64,000 nt of DNA, taken from Eledone cirrhosa (lineage: Eukaryota). The notes beneath the pieces were generated by a model. That model saw only the letters and a program-made list of their open reading frames with translations, ran no database searches and was not told the DNA's origin. This document shows positions 62,311-64,000 of this stretch, piece by piece. The translations under genes and the position numbers were made by a program. Numbering within the stretch: position 1 is the stretch's first letter; the number at the start of each line of letters is the position of its first letter. The stretch is from assembly GCA_964016885.1 (NCBI GenBank), contig OZ024740.1, positions 434,062,001-434,126,000 on the forward strand, written 5' to 3'.

Positions 62311-64000
62311 GACATTGGTTATGTCCTGAGTGTCAGTGTTTTGTTGGTCACTCACAGCACTGGACATTGGTTATGTCCTGAGTGTCAGTGTTTTGTTGGT
62401 CACTCACAGCACTGGACATTGGTTATGTCCTGAGTGTCAGTGTTTTGTTGGTCACTCACAGCACTGGACATTGGTTATGTCCTGAGTGTCAGTGTTGTCT
62501 TGTTGGTCACTCACAGCACTGGACATTGGTTATGTCCTGAGTGTCAGTGTTGTCTTGTAGGTCACTCACAGCACTGGACATTGGTTATGTCCTGAGTGTC
62601 AGTGTTGTCTTGTTGGTCACTCACAGGACTGGACATTGGTTATGTCCTGAGTGTCAGTGTTGTCTTGTAGGTCACTCACAGCACTGGACATTGGTTATGT
62701 CCTGAGTGTCAGTGTTGTCTTGTAGGTCACTCACAGCACTGGACATTGGTTATGTCCTGAGTGTCAGTGTTGTCTTGTTGGTCACTCACAGCACTGGACA
62801 TTGGTTATGTCCTGAGTGTCAGTGTTGTCTTGTAGGTCACTCACAGCACTGGACATTGGTTATGTCCTGAGTGTCAGTGTTGTCTTGTTGGTCACTCACA
62901 GCACTGGACATTGGTTATGTCCTGAGTGTCAGTGTTGTCTTGTAGGTCACTCACAGCACTGGACATTGGTTATGTCCTGAGTGTCAGTGTTGTCTTGTAG
63001 GTCACTCACAGCACTGGACATTGGTTATGTCCTGAGTGTCAGTGTTGTCTTGTTGGTCACTCACAGCACTGGACATTGGTTATGTCCTGATTGTCAGTGT
63101 TGTCTTGTTGGTCACTCACAGCACTGGACATTGGTTATGTCCTGAGTGTCAGTGTTGTCTTGTTGGTCACTCACAGCACTGGACATTGGTTATGTCCTGA
63201 GTGTCAGTGTTGTCTTGTTGGTCACTCACAGCACTGGACATTGGTTGTCCTGAGTGTCAGTGTTGTCTTGTTGGTCACTCACAGCACTGGACATTGGTTA
63301 TGTCCTGAGTGTCAGCGTTGTCTTGTTGGTCACTCACAGCACTGGACATTGGTTATGTCCTGAGTGTCAGTGTTGTCTTGTTGGTCACTCACAGCACTGG
63401 ACATTGGTTATGTCCTGAGTGTCAGTGTTGTCTTGTTGGTCACTCACAGCACTGGACATTGGTTATGTCCTGAGTGTCAGCGTTGTGTTGTTGGTCACTC
63501 ACAGCACTGGACAATGGTTATGTCCTGAGTGTCAGTGTTGTCTTGTTGGTCACTCACAGCACTGGACATTGGTTATGTCCTGAGTGTCAGTGTTCTCTTG
63601 TAGGTCACTCACAGCACTGGACATTGGCTATGTCCTGAGTGTCAGTGTTGTCTTGTTGGTCACTCACAGCACTGGACATTGGTTATGTCCTGAGTGTCAG
63701 TGTTGTCTTGTTGGTCACTCACAGCACTGGACATTGGTTATGTTCTGAGTGTCAGTGTTGTCTTGTTGGTCACTCACAGCACTGGACATTGGTTATGTCC
63801 TGAGTGTCAGTGTTGTCTTGTTGGTCACTCACAGCACTGGACATTGGTTATGTCCTGAGTGTCAGTGTTGTCTTGTTGGTCACTCACAGCACTGGACATT
63901 GGTTATGTCCTGAGTGTCAGTGTTGTCTTGTTGGTCACTCACAGCACTGGACATTGGTTATGTCCTGAGTGTCAGTGTTGTCTTGTTGGTCACTCACAGC
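62311..64000. repeat. 55-bp minisatellite GACATTGGTTATGTCCTGAGTGTCAGTGTTGTCTTGTTGGTCACTCACAGCACTG (runs off window)
   Basis: GGACA at 62521 and 62576; the first three units are 52 bp. Confidence 0.98.

Overview
This is eukaryotic, AT-rich, gene-poor DNA; the retroelement and SINE complement looks cephalopod/Octopus-like (inference, not proven). More than half of the window is about ten unrelated minisatellite/satellite arrays with 15, 16, 21, 31, ~38, 36-55 (variable), 47, 48, 52 and 55 bp units, and almost all long ORFs in the track are translations of these arrays. The spaces between arrays hold mobile-element debris. This includes a young 5'-truncated RTE-clade LINE with an uninterrupted APE-RT ORF (40033-43250) inserted into the 52-bp satellite, a near-identical inverted copy (51672-53851), older RTE fragments, a Tx1/L1-type fragment with a 10-bp TSD, two tRNA-derived SINE families, a probable non-autonomous Helitron and Penelope-like remnants. 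The most notable hidden signals are: (i) several sequence-unrelated minimal type-I hammerhead ribozyme folds with Penelope-like architecture, all on the minus strand, one carrying the compensatory U3-A8 core; (ii) a C4HC3 PHD-like finger embedded just after the RT core of the RTE ORF; and (iii) several arrays visibly derived from retroposon 3' ends or hairpin seeds. No host gene can be called confidently; only weak isolated exon candidates were seen.
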